NCBI RefSeq assembly: GCF_964355755.1
Contig: NC_092673.1
Span: 11,194,948-11,258,947, forward strand
Reading direction: 5' to 3'
DNA from: Antedon mediterranea
Taxonomy: Eukaryota; Animalia; Echinodermata
DNA length: 64,000 nucleotides
This document shows, piece by piece, positions 1-11,881 of the stretch. The translations under genes and the position numbers were made by a program. Numbering within the stretch: the first letter of the stretch is position 1; each line of letters begins with the position of its first letter. The notes beneath the pieces were generated by a model. It searched no databases. It was not told where the DNA came from and saw only the letters and a list, made by a program, of their open reading frames with translations.

Positions 1-350
1 TTGGTTACTGAGATACGATAAATAAAGGTCAAAGGTCAAAATGTCAGAAATAAGACTTGCATCCATTTTTTGAGAAAGTGTGTCATTAAAGTGAATATAA
101 AAACATATATTTAAAACATTTTGAGACCAAAATTAATTATCTGTGACTAGTGGTTCTCGAGATATAGGGTAATTATAAAAAATGGCCGCCATTTTTAATT
201 ATGCAAATTAAGGGCTTAGATGGCCGAATTCCGCTTGGGATCCGCCATATTCGTAATCAGCGAGGTCGAAATATCCTAAATCAAGTGGATCCCAGCTTCT
301 ACCCAAAAATGCTTCTTGCACCATATTTCAGAGGAAATAGAACTTGTCTA
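1..350. mobile_element. End of an adjacent Academ-family element copy (cut by window start)
   Basis: 1-402 is nearly identical to 3962-4362. It ends ...gaacttgtcta at 350 followed by tac, like the right end of the 406-4311 element. Confidence 0.8.
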
Positions 351-1119
351 TACTGGTTGTATCACTATTTGAGACATAGTGAGCCGGAGGTTGCACCTAC
401 TGTACTAGACAGGTTCCATTTCTCAAAAAACGGCCTAGAAAACGAATCAAGAAGCATTTTTGGGTAGAAGCTGGGATCCACTTGATTTAGGATATTTCGA
501 CCTCGCTGATTACGAATATGGCGGATCCCAAGCGAAATTCGGCCATCTAAGCCCTTAATTTGCATAAATAAAAATGGCGGCCATTTTTAATAATTACCTT
601 ATATCTCGAGAACCACTAGTCACAGATAATTAATTTTGGTCTCAAAATGTTTTAAATATATGTTTTTATATTCACTTTAATGACACATTTTCTAAAAAAA
701 TGGATGCAAGTCTTATTTCTGACATTTTGACCTTTGACCTTGATTTATCGTATCTCAGTAACCAATAATCGGAGAGACACGAAATAGGGCTCAAATTGTT
801 CAGAAACTATACATTCATATTTATTATAATGAAATGTTTTTACAAAAAATGGCCGATTCTACAACTATTGACCTTTGAACTATTAGTCAAATATAATAAT
901 ATAACTTTGAAAATTGTGGTCTTATGAATTTTTTTTTCTTTTTAAATTGTTTAAAACATGTGTGTTTCTATCCTGTCTAATGGCACATTTTGTACAAGAA
1001 TGGCCGATAGTATGGTTATTGACCTTTAAACTATAGCATAGGCCTACTGTATACTAAATAATATAATTGCATAACTATGAAATTATTTATACACAATAAT
1101 AATTAGTAAAATTATAAAA

Positions 1120-1565
1120 TTCATTGCCATCAAATATTATGTGTTATGATTTATATAGATTTAAAAAAAAATTGAACGCGCAAGTTACATTTGTTGAAAT
1201 TTGAAATTTGAAATTACCTGCCATCAATATGATGGAGTATGATTATAGATTTTTTTAAATGTGAACATGTCAGCTACATTTGGAAATTAACTGCCATCAA
1301 TATGATGGATTATGATTATAGATTTAAAAAAGAATTTGAACACATCAGCTACATTTGGAAATTTGGAAATTACCTGCCATCAATATGATGGATTATGATT
1401 GTATAGAGGCCTACCTGCCATCAATATGATGGATTATGATTATAGATTTAAAAAAGAATTTGAACACGTACTAAGCTACATTTGAAAATTACCTGCCATC
1501 AATATGATGGATTATGATTGTATAGATTTAAAAGAAAATGTGAACACGTAAGCTACATTTGGAAT
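1120..1565. repeat. Subterminal tandem repeat (~60-70 bp unit) in the left Academ arm
   Basis: Recurrent aattacctgccatcaatatgatggattatgattatagattt units. Confidence 0.85.
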
Positions 1566-2690
1566 GAACATGTTAAGGGAATCAGTTTAAGATCATTCAT
1601 GCAAAGGTTTCCGTCATCTTTAGCGTTGTTACAGCGGCATAAAGCTGTACATGGTAGTTTTGACTTCTTGCACCTACATCTATTGGTTATGCATCGTGTC
1701 TTGCATCCACAATAAATCATCTCTAACGAAGCAGTAGGAATAGTTTCATTTTTCAGAAGCACTGGTTGAAGTTTACCATTAGATAGCTCCCACCCAAAAT
1801 CTGTTGGTGATGGCAAATGCTGGATTGGCGATACAGCTTTTTTCCATACGAGTGCTTGGAAGTGTGCTCTTTTTATATGTTGGTGCACTGCATCGCTTGT
1901 TGGAGGTAATGCCTCCGGTTTTGTTTTTTTTTTTAAAAGCCTAACTTCATTGGTACTTTTAACTTGACAAACACCGTAAACGTAGCAAATGAATCTTTCC
2001 GATTTCATAATAACTTGGTCACTGATAGGTTTTCTCCCAGGTCTTTAATTAGTTCATAATTTTTTGTAATACTTCCCATGCCGATGCCTTTGAGTGACCA
2101 CTTAGATATGAACAGGGAAGAGTTAAATTACTGTATGTATGTATTAATGTAATTTAACTCTTCCCTGGATATGAGGTAGTATCGCATCCACTAATAGTGT
2201 GGAATGGAATCAGTGCTTTTGCATAACCCTCGGGCAAGGCTTGAAAAATGTCTTTTATAGATACTTTCTTTTTTTTGGATGTCCCTGTCATCATCCATTT
2301 GGATACCATTCTTTGGTAGTGAGACACTAGAATCACTAGTACGTCTGTATCCCTAGAAGCAACTACAACTGTGTCGTATCGGACATTGGCAGCATGACAA
2401 GTCTCGTGTCGATTCTTCATGATCTGCGACCAGAGACAACGTATTCGTGTAGACTTTTGATGATTTAAAAACTGATTCTTTCATAAATCCACCAGCTGTG
2501 ACAATTTCTTTGTCTATAGGAGCTTGACGAATCAACTCCTCTGATAGAAATCGTGCCAGATCTGCTTTATTATCTTGTAATGCCAAAAAGTTTGACCAGC
2601 AATTTGGCAGCGGTATTTCACCACTTTCTATAATTCGACGAATTGGTCTCTGTGTTTTGGTTCATCTTTGTCTAGTGGTGCCCTTTATCG
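1553..2690 (-). pseudogene. Frameshifted 3' part of Academ transposase (XPG/PIN-like nuclease motifs + Cys8-type zinc finger)
   Basis: ORF pieces give NKADLARFL, ADHEES, SRDTDVLVIL, FHTISGCDTTSY, LPPTSDAVHQHIKRAHFQALVW and CGCKTRCITNRCRCKKSKLPCTALCRC. Confidence 0.85.
2113..2167. mobile_element. 55-bp hAT-like micro-MITE inserted in the Academ transposase remnant
   Basis: 19-bp perfect TIR cagggaagagttaaattac. Flanks gatatgaa/gatatgag form a 7/8 match to an 8-bp TSD. Removing it restores GCDTTSYLSGHSKASAW. Confidence 0.8.
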
Positions 2691-2715
2691 ACAGTTTTAA
2701 GTTAGGCATGCCATG

Positions 2716-3097
2716 TTAAAAAAAAACAAAACCAGAGGCATTACCTCCAACAAGCGATGCAGTGCACCAACATATAAAAAGAGCACACTTCCAAGCACTC
2801 GTATGGAAAAAAGCTGTATCGCCAATCCAGCATTTGCCATCACCAACAGATTTTGGGTGGGAGCTATCTAATGGTAAACTTCAACCAGTGCTTATGAAAA
2901 ATGAAGCTATTCCTGCTGCTTCGTTAGAGATGATTTACTGTGGATGCAAGACACGATGCATAACCAATAGATGTAGGTGCAAGAAGTCAAAACTACCATG
3001 TACAGCTTTATGCCGCTGTAACAACGCTAAAGATAACGGAAACCTTTGCATGAATGATCTTAAACTGATGCCCTTAACATGTTCATTCCAAATGTAG
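2716..3097 (+). pseudogene. Inverted duplicate of the Academ transposase C-terminus
   Basis: ORF 2762-3097 is nearly identical in protein to the C-terminal part of ORF 1553-2008 on the opposite strand. Confidence 0.85.
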
Positions 3098-3610
3098 CTT
3101 ACGTGTTCACATTTTCTTTTAAATCTATACAATCATAATCCATCATATTGATGGTAGGTAATTTTCAAATGTAGCTTAGTACGTGTTCAAATTCTTTTTT
3201 AAATCTATAATCATAATCCATCATATTGATGGCAGGTAGGCCTACTATACAATCATAATCCATCATATTGATGGCAGGTAATTTCCAAATTTCCAAATGT
3301 AGCTGATGTGTTCAAATTCTTTTTTAAATCTATAATCATAATCCATCATATTGATGGCAGGTAATTTTCAAATGTAGATTACGTGTTCAAATTCTTTTTT
3401 AAATCTATAATCATAATTCATCATATTGATGGCAGGTAATTTCCAAATGTAGCTGACATGTTCACATTTTAAAAAATCTATAATCATACTCCATCATATT
3501 GATGGCAGGTAATTTCAAATTTCAAATTTCAACAAATGTAACTTGCGTGTTCAAATTTTTTTTAAATCTATATAAATCATAACACATAATATTTGATGGC
3601 AGTGAATTTT
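3085..3610. repeat. Mirror tandem repeat in the right Academ arm (apparently one extra unit)
   Basis: Recurrent aatcataatccatcatattgatggcaggtaatt units, the reverse complement of 1120-1565. Confidence 0.85.
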
Positions 3611-4479
3611 ATAATTTTACTAATTATTATTGTGTATAAATAATTTCATAGTTATGCAATTATATTATATTTAGTATACAGTAGGCCTATGCTATAGTTT
3701 AAAGGTCAATAACCATACTATCGGCCATTCTTGTACAAAATGTGCCATTAGACTGGATAGAAACACAAATGTTTTAAACAATTTAAAAAGAAAAAAAATT
3801 CATAAGACCACAATTTTCAAAGTTATATTATTATATTTGACTAATAGTTCAAAGGTCAATAGTTGTAGAATTGGCCATTTTTTGTAAAAACATTTCATTA
3901 TAATAAATATGAATGTATAGTTTCTGAAAAATTTGAGCCCTATTTCGTGTCTCTCCGATTATTGGTTACTGAGATACGATAAATCAAGGTCAAAGGTCAA
4001 AATGTCAGAAATAAGACTTGCATCCATTTTTTGAGAAAATTTGTCATTAAAGTGAATATAAAAACATATATTTAAAACATTTTGAGACAAAAATTTATTA
4101 TCTGTGACTAGTGGTTCTCGAGATATAGGGTAATTATAAAAAATGGCCGCCATTTTCAATTATGCAAATTAAGGGCTTAGATGGCCGAATTTCGCTTGGG
4201 ATCCGCCATATTCGTAATCAGCGAGGTCAAAATATCCTAAATCAAGTGAATCCCAGCTTCTACCCAAAAATGCTTCTTACACCATATTTCAGAGGAAATA
4301 GAACTTGTCTATACTGGTTGTATCACTATTTGAGATAGCTGAGCCGGAGGTTGCACCTACTGGTTGTGTTACTGCTTGAGATACAGTTAGCCTGTGGTAC
4401 ACCCTGTGGTTGTGATACTGCTTTGCTGGTGGGTACACCTATTAGCCAGTGCAGTGGTTAAGACTACTGGTGGTTACCC

Positions 4480-4865
4480 TGTTAGAGGTTACACCTTAGT
4501 TGGTGGTTACGTGCAGTTGGAGGTTACACCATTGTGTTGGTGGTTACGTGCTGTGGAGGTTACACCATTGTTGGTGGTTACGTGCAGTTGGAGGTTACAC
4601 CTTAGTTGGTGGTTACGTGCAGTTGGAGGTTACACCATAGTTGTTGGTTACGTGCAGTTGGAGGTTACACCATTGTGTTGGTGTACGTTGCTGTGGAGGT
4701 TACACCATTGTGTTGGTGGTTACGTGCTGTGGAGGTTACACCATTGTGTTGGTGGTTACGCGCTGTGGAGGTTACACCATTGTTGGTGGTTACGTGCAGT
4801 TGGAGGTTACACCATTGTGTTGGTGTGCGTTGCTGTGGAGGTTACGTGCGGGTGGTGGTTACGCT
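4480..4865. repeat. GT-rich minisatellite, ~33-36 bp unit
   Basis: Repeated ggtggttacgtgcagttggaggttacaccattgt(gt)t variants. Confidence 0.9.
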
Positions 4866-5062
4866 ACTATTTCAAGTCCGGCGTAATAACAGAACTAATC
4901 AGATTAATTATTATAATAATCACTTGTACCAATAAATTAGAAATCATAGAAGAATAAAGGAGGCCACTCCAAAGATTGTAATTGATTTGTGTGTTTCGTT
5001 CATTCGTGGTACCGCAGACCTTTCCCCAAAAGGGAACGAACCCGAGGACGGATTTTCGTTAC

Positions 5063-5330
5063 ACTATTTATGGCTATATCAAGTATAGCAATTGCACAGC
5101 TATTTGTTTGCTATTTATGGCTATATCAAGTATAGTAATTACACAGCTATTTGTTTGCTATTTATGGCTATATCAAGTATATCAATCACACAGCTATTTG
5201 TTTGCTATTTATGGCTGTATGAAGTATAGCAATTACACAGCTATTTGTTTGCTAACTATGGCTATATGAAGTATAGAAATTAACAGCTATTTGTTTGCTA
5301 TTTATGGCTATATCAAGTACAGTAATTGCA
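5063..5330. repeat. 47-bp minisatellite; degenerate units resume at ~6595-6680 after the LINE fragment
   Basis: Unit ctatttatggctatatcaagtatagcaattgcacagctatttgtttg, about 5-6 copies. Confidence 0.9.
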
Positions 5331-5334
5331 AGGT

Positions 5335-6592
5335 ATTGGTAGGAACTATAGCACTTGGCTTGGCTTCATTCCTATCTTACTGGTCACTCCCAACAAATCC
5401 TCTTTGGTCAGACTCTATCTTCTTTTGAATGTTGCTCTACCAGTGTTCCTCATAGATCTACCCTAGGACCCCTTCTCTTCTCTATCTACATTAATTATGA
5501 CCTCCCTTCTGTCCTTACTTCTTTTGATCAACGTATTAATGTTGATATGTATGCCGATCATACCATCATCTATTACACTAACTCCTTCTCTCAACTTATT
5601 GAACAGAAACTAAACTCTGCTCTTAAACTTCTCTCTAACTGGCTTAAGTCTAACTAGCTTACTCTTTATGTTAGCAAAACTAAATCTATGCTTCTAGGCT
5701 CTCCTTCTAAGCTGAGAGCTAACAACTCTATATACGGTAACCTCAGCCTTGATAACTCTTCTATCCAATCCGTTATTGCCTTGGCATTATGATTGATAAT
5801 TCTCTTACCTGGAAATCCCATATCATCTCTCTGCAAAAACTAAATCCAATTACCTACTTACTTGCTCGTACCTCCAACTTTACTAATAGTTCCTCACTTC
5901 ACCTCTTGTACAATTCTCTATTTCTCTCCAGGCTTGACTACTGTTGCTCTGTCTGGGGCTCCTACTTCTACAATTAAACTTTAAAAAATCCAAAAACAAG
6001 CTATTCGTATCCTTCTCCATCTTCCTCCTACTAATCATTTAACTTCTTTTCACTTCACCATTGCTAATACCCTTCCTCTTTATAACAGATTTCGATATCA
6101 ACTTGGCTGTCTTACCTTTAAATCGCTCCATAATCTTGCTCCTCAATCTATCTCTCAATTACTTGCTAATGGCCACATGGCAAATCACTAACAGTGATCT
6201 CCTTATACCCAGACCATACTTGGAACTTTTCAAACAGTCTTTTAGCTTCTATGCTCCTACTTAATTCTCTTCCTTTAGATATCCGACTTGCTTCATCTTA
6301 CTCTTCCTTCAAATTTCTGCTCAGAACCATCTTCTTGTTTAGTTCTTCCTTTTTCCTATCTTTTCTTCTGATGAGGGGGCCAATTTAATTTAATTTTGAT
6401 TCTAAATTGGTTGTGCTTTATTTTATTTTTATAAATTATATTTATTTTAATTAAATTTTTATTGTTACATGTTTATGTCTTGTCATGATATGTTTCTGTG
6501 AGGGTCCCTAATGATCAGCTTCAGCTGGATCAGCTTCAGCTGGATGGACTAACCTCGTAAAATATTGTTGAATTAAAATAATTAAAAATAAA
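5335..6592 (+). mobile_element. 5'-truncated degraded non-LTR retrotransposon (CR1/L2/Crack group), RT C-terminal part + 3' UTR
   Basis: WLHSYLTG..Q, SVPHRSTLGPLLFSIYIN, YADHT, IDNSLTWKSHI, LYNSLFLSRLDYCCSVWG, FKQSFSFYAP, with frameshifts and an A-rich tail. Confidence 0.85.
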
Positions 6593-7063
6593 TATAGTAT
6601 AGCAATTTCAAGCTATTTATGCAATATTAAGTATAGCAATTGCACAGCTTTTCTACAGTATCTATTTGCTATTTATTGCTATTACCAATCCTGTGCCTTA
6701 GTGTAATAAAGGAACTGCCAAGCCCACACAGTATTAAACCTACTGTACCGTGCACCGTGGTCTCAATAACTAGACCCCGATAAAATCAAAGCCCAACAGA
6801 CTTCCAGTGGCAAGGCTACACAAGCCTAAAACAACAACACAGTGTACTAGCTCGGCTACCGCCAAACCTCACTATAAAAACGCCTCTAAACCTAAAACCA
6901 GAGCATAGAATAAGCAACAAAAATTACCATCAGTTCGATCTGATATTGCGTATTATGTTTTATGTAGAGAAGGCTGTCTAATGAATGGGAAGACAATACA
7001 ATTGTTTGTTATGTAACCTACAGTACAAACTCCAAGGAACAATACAGAACAAAAACTAGCAGC

Positions 7064-7247
7064 ATATACTGTTTATAAGGCATGTTATTATTAGGTACTG
7101 TACTGTATTTAATGTCAAGATTTTGTAACAATATTACTATCTAATATACCTGATACATTTACATTTAATGTTAAATGTAACTAAATGAAACGATTGTAGA
7201 TACAGAAACTAAATGGTAACACTAAACAGATTCATTGACGACATAAT
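7064..7247 (+). repeat. ~180-bp local direct duplication, copy 1
   Basis: Near-identical to 8647-8817 apart from two short indels. Confidence 0.9.
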
Positions 7248-8646
7248 TATATGTAGACTCGGCTATAGTTGAACTTACAGTATAACAACAATTTGCTCTG
7301 TACCTTTCTGAGATTATTAGATTTACCAATTCTTGCTATGGCAACAATTTTCTTGAACTAAACATAAATAAAACGAAAGAAATAAGGATTGATTTTCAAA
7401 AACGTAATTGGTCTGACCATGGAAAAATAACTAATTTCTCCATGGCTGACAGTATGAACTCAGTATACATTAATTAAAGGAAAGGAAGTAGAGCTTGTTA
7501 ACAACTAAAAGTATCGGGGAGTAGTGTTTATGTTGACCATATAGAAGTTAAATACAAACTCGGTTAGGATATGTGTTTGTTCAGTACTATAGAATGTTTT
7601 ACTAATCAGTGATGTTCTATTTGGGAATATTGTATGTTGGGCTGGGAATATCAGTAAGGGGGATAAAGACCGAATTGAAAAGGTGCTGGGTAGAGCGGGG
7701 AAAGCATGGTTTGTCTATGCAAATGCTTGACTCGTTCTACAGCGAACGTCTTGCCGATGTCTTCCATGATGCTATAAGACACCAATTATCCTCTTCATGG
7801 CGACATTATCAGCTCCGTTTTGCATTCGTTATTCTAACGTTTTGATGCAAACATTGTTCAATTAGAATATGTATTTCTACACAAAAACGTTTTAAAACTT
7901 TTTTTAAACGAAAAAAAAACCAACTAAAAACACGCAATTTCAAATGTTTCAATTACGTTTAACACACGTTCTGTGTTTGTTTATGTGATAGATCTTATTA
8001 AAACTAATTTCTTTATATATACTTTCTGTATCTATAAATCTGTTAAAAATTATTCAATATCCACCTTCCACCTAATATCCATATTAGGGATAAAGAGCCA
8101 TAATCACTGTATTAACTTAAAAACTGCAATTATTTCTGCAGCGGTCATGGCGTAATTGTTTCTGAAACAATGCACTAAACAAAAGCAGCAGTATTTTAAC
8201 ACATTAGCACACTAAATCAATAAATGGGACACCCGTATTTAAAAAAAATTAATGTCAGTAAAATTATAAAATGATCACCTATAATTCGTCAAAAGTGACA
8301 AATTCAATTCTAGTTTTCGATTTATTTTGGTACTTTTAAAAGTTCAATATGTTTGATTTTTCTTACACATATGAAATTCTAATAGATCTCCAATTTTAAA
8401 AATTGAAACAATAAATCATATTTAACATTAATTTTAAATTAATGATATTTTATGTCTAAATTTAATTTTGCGTCTTGATAAACTTCATGTTGACAATTAA
8501 ATCTTGGCATCAATTTGCTCAATTACCAATTATTGTGTAGACTAATTTTAATGTTTTGTCTAATAACTTCTCATGTGTTACCGCAAATTACCTCATTGAT
8601 TAATTTACAATTGAAAGTGGGTTGTATGTTATGAATAATTACAAAA

Positions 8647-8817
8647 TATACTGTTTATAAGGCATGTTATTATTAGGTACTGTGTTTAATGTCAAGATTT
8701 TGTAACAATATTACTATCTAATATACCTGATACATTTACATTTAATGTTAAATGTAACTAAATGAAACGATTGTAGATACAGAAACTAAATGGTAACAGA
8801 TTCATTGACGACATAAT
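8647..8817 (+). repeat. ~170-bp local direct duplication, copy 2
   Basis: Near-identical to 7064-7247. Confidence 0.9.
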
Positions 8818-11006
8818 AATCCCTGGTGCAGTGTCTGTTAACCAAACATTTGAGGAAGCCAATTGGAGTGAACTGATCGTGCCGCAACCGCAGCATCCTC
8901 TTGTTAGATTGCCTTGTTCACAGTGGCTGTGTTACTGTAAAACAAATAATGAATGTTTTTTGTTTGTTTTTTTATTCGTGCAGTGTGGGAAAAAAATTAC
9001 ATTGCACGTATGAACATTAATTATTTGTATGCCTTGCTATTGACTTATGAAGGGTGGATTGAGATTGCGTGTTATGCGATAATAATAGGAGTTAGGTTGT
9101 AATTGATATACTGAATTGATACGTTTGAACATTGTGTTCTGCTAGTGGTACGCTCCTACCCAATTGTTACCCTGGAGCCTTAGTATGTCAGCACTGTGTA
9201 ATGAGTAACCAACAAATAATGATGCCATTACATTTTTAAATGGTGCAAAAAATAGGTAAAGAAACACAATTTCGGTGTAAATTTAACACTGAATCCCATC
9301 CAATTCCGAGTTCCAGGTGACGTGTCAGACAAACATGTACAAGGTATTTTCATAAATAATTTAAAGTTCCGAATTTGACTTTGATTGAAAAAAATACTCA
9401 CAATGTGTTGGTTCAGTAATCATTTTTAATATATATTTTAGTACTACTATGCGGAAAATTTCTTTCCAACAATAGGTTTGACGTTCACTACAACATATTA
9501 CAGCAAAATCACATCCATTATTTACAAAAAGGTATATCTTATAAAGGTTATATTATAACAGTTGTCAATTATAATATTCCAAAGTATAGAAGAACTTAAA
9601 CCTCTATTACGGTAATAGCACAAATAAATAGAATTTTGATAAAATCAGTCAATATTATACCACATACAAAATTCCTAGATCATAGAGCTTTACTTCAATT
9701 GTTTTCTGAAACTACTAAAGCCTCTACTTGTATCATTGGCATGCTGGTGGATATGCTTAATTGTATGCAGACAAAAATACCCATGCAAAATGCTCCTATT
9801 AATATTGTGCATTTTAAAAGAAAACTGTTACTTTCCAACAAGCCATGGTTGGAACAATAGTACAGCATTGTTAATTTTAATACTAGTAACGTTTTAGTAA
9901 TTTGAACATAAGTATTATTATTATAATTATTGAATGGTGATGAATGATTAACACCATGTACAATGACTATAAATGAAATGAGAGCTTAATATAAATAGGT
10001 TTGTGATGGCAGTACTTGTGTGTTAACTGTATACAGCTATATTTATTTTTTGAAAATTAGTACACTATTACAATTTAACATACATATAAATACATTACAA
10101 CATTGATGGATGAAGATAGAAAAGAGGGTAACACAAATATAAATGTATACAAAAAATATAAACACAGTACCAGGAGGCTATCAAGAAGCTGGTTAAAACC
10201 TGTTTTTCTAATTGTGAACCACTCTTGACCAATAAGGGAAAGATATTAGCCTAAATAAATAATGATAATAAACTTCCGATAAAGAAAGAACAAACGAAGA
10301 AAGCTAAGAATAAACAGTGGATATAAATTCTAACCAATTTAACACCTCCAATACCAATTCTAAAACTTTTTTGTTCATTAAAAAAATTTAAATCATTCAC
10401 ACATTCATGAACAAAACTACATTAGTAGATAAAATGGATAAATACTGGATAGAATAACATTCATGTAAATAAAAAATATATGCAAACCAAATCTCAGGTT
10501 TGTACATACTGTACAGTATATGATTTTTAAATACATCTTACTATAAGTGTCAATTATGCAAACAATCAGTACAGTGATGTGTGTTACTAGGTATCATTTG
10601 TCAATGTTACATATAACACAAGTTTTCTAAATTACTATAACTACTTTACAGAACTTTACAGTACAAATGAACACTATCAATTTGAAAACGATTTCAGTTT
10701 GCAGAGACTTTATGAGTAAAAATATGCAGTTATTTGATTATTATAAAATAATCAAGGCGCTTTTTTGACCTCATTAAATTTAAGCCCCGTCAATATATAT
10801 ACAGACACACAAAGTGTTACCTATCCCTTTGATCAAGTTAAGAAGTTTCTTCATAAAGAGCCCATTTATCAAATTTTAACCGACTGTATTATTGGTTTTT
10901 GTCACCTTAAATTTAACAATAAATTTTAAACCTGACTTGATTAAACACTAAGTTATGATTATTGGAAGTAAGTAATATTAGTAAGTCTTGAAACACTAAA
11001 ATTTAA

Positions 11007-11168
11007 TTATAAACCATTAGTTGTGGTTTTTAATACACGCTTACGCATATTGTATGGATGACTGTATTCCGTGGAGCCATTAGTTCTTTCTTGTAGCCAC
11101 GATTCTACACCATTCATAGGTGATTTTAAAAAGGTAGATGTTTTTCTTGAGTTTTCAGGCTTTTTATC
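11007..11168 (-). CDS. PTDSS1: Phosphatidylserine synthase 1, probable terminal coding exon (DKKPENSRK...KRVLKTTTNGL*)
   Basis: Pyrimidine-rich acceptor tttttaag|GAT. Phase 0 matches the upstream exon. The basic tail with TNG resembles the vertebrate PTDSS1 C-terminus. Confidence 0.7.
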   Translation of the reverse strand, partial: DKKPENSRKTSTFLKSPMNGVESWLQERTNGSTEYSHPYNMRKRVLKTTTNGL

Positions 11169-11644
11169 CTTAAAAAATAAAATAATAAAATTAAGCAAAT
11201 ATGAAGATACAATAACGATGATACCTGGCAGGCTCAAAACTACTCATGTTCATTGATTTGTTGTCAAGACAAAACTTATAAAAAATATTTACATGATATA
11301 AAAACAGCATAAATATATATGGTTCCACATAAGATACTGGCCATAGTTAATGACAGAAGACCTTCTTTCAATGTGGAAGAAGATGACTGAAATAATGGAA
11401 AAACTACAATTAATAATAATTTCATGACAAAAACAATTATTAGGGTCATTGGGAAAATATTTTTCCAAGCAATAAGAAAATTTATTTTCAAATATATATT
11501 CGGATGTTATATATTTCGGATCTTAGGTCTTTGGGGGTCTTAGTTTTCATGATCTTAGGTTTCGTGACACTTCCTCACTATGTCAGCCAAAATGTTAGTT
11601 TTTACTTGTAATGGCGGCAACTTTAAAACAACGATATTTATATA

Positions 11645-11747
11645 TTGTTGTTGGTTTGTTGTTTGTTTGTTTGTTGGTTGTTGGTTTGTTGTTGGTGGTT
11701 GGTTGGTTGGTTGGTTGGTTTATTGGTTATTGGTTGGTTTGTTTGTT
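11645..11747. repeat. (TTGG/TTTG/TTG)n microsatellite
   Basis: Directly visible low-complexity tract. Confidence 0.85.
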
Positions 11748-11881
11748 TTACAAAAGTGACCAGAACATGCATTTTTTGTGTATTAGCATTTGACCCGCTT
11801 TTCTCATCTAAATAACGAGATAGCGTAGAGAGTTGAAAATAGGCGCAAATTATTTATAATAATAGATCTTATATACTTATA

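Larger units (their letters stand above)
406..4311. mobile_element. Academ (AcademX)-derived foldback DNA transposon with ~1.5 kb inverted arms
   Basis: Termini TAGAC...GTCTA with 3-bp TSD tac (403-405, 4312-4314). Arms ~449-1947 and ~2699-4278 are near-perfect inverted repeats. Internal XPG-like and Cys-rich coding remnants fit Academ. Confidence 0.85.

Noticed and set aside
201-565. Paired ORFs MQIKGLDGRI... on opposite strands
   Set aside because: They arise from the Academ terminal inverted repeat, with no evidence of coding function.
4394-4957. Overlapping repetitive ORFs (187, 109 and 81 aa)
   Set aside because: These come from a stop-poor GT-rich minisatellite with variable unit length that shifts frame.
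11276-11491. Hydrophobic ORF as an extra PTDSS1 exon
   Set aside because: It has no similarity to PSS1, and the 24754 exon joins 11168 in frame without it. Alternative use cannot be fully excluded.
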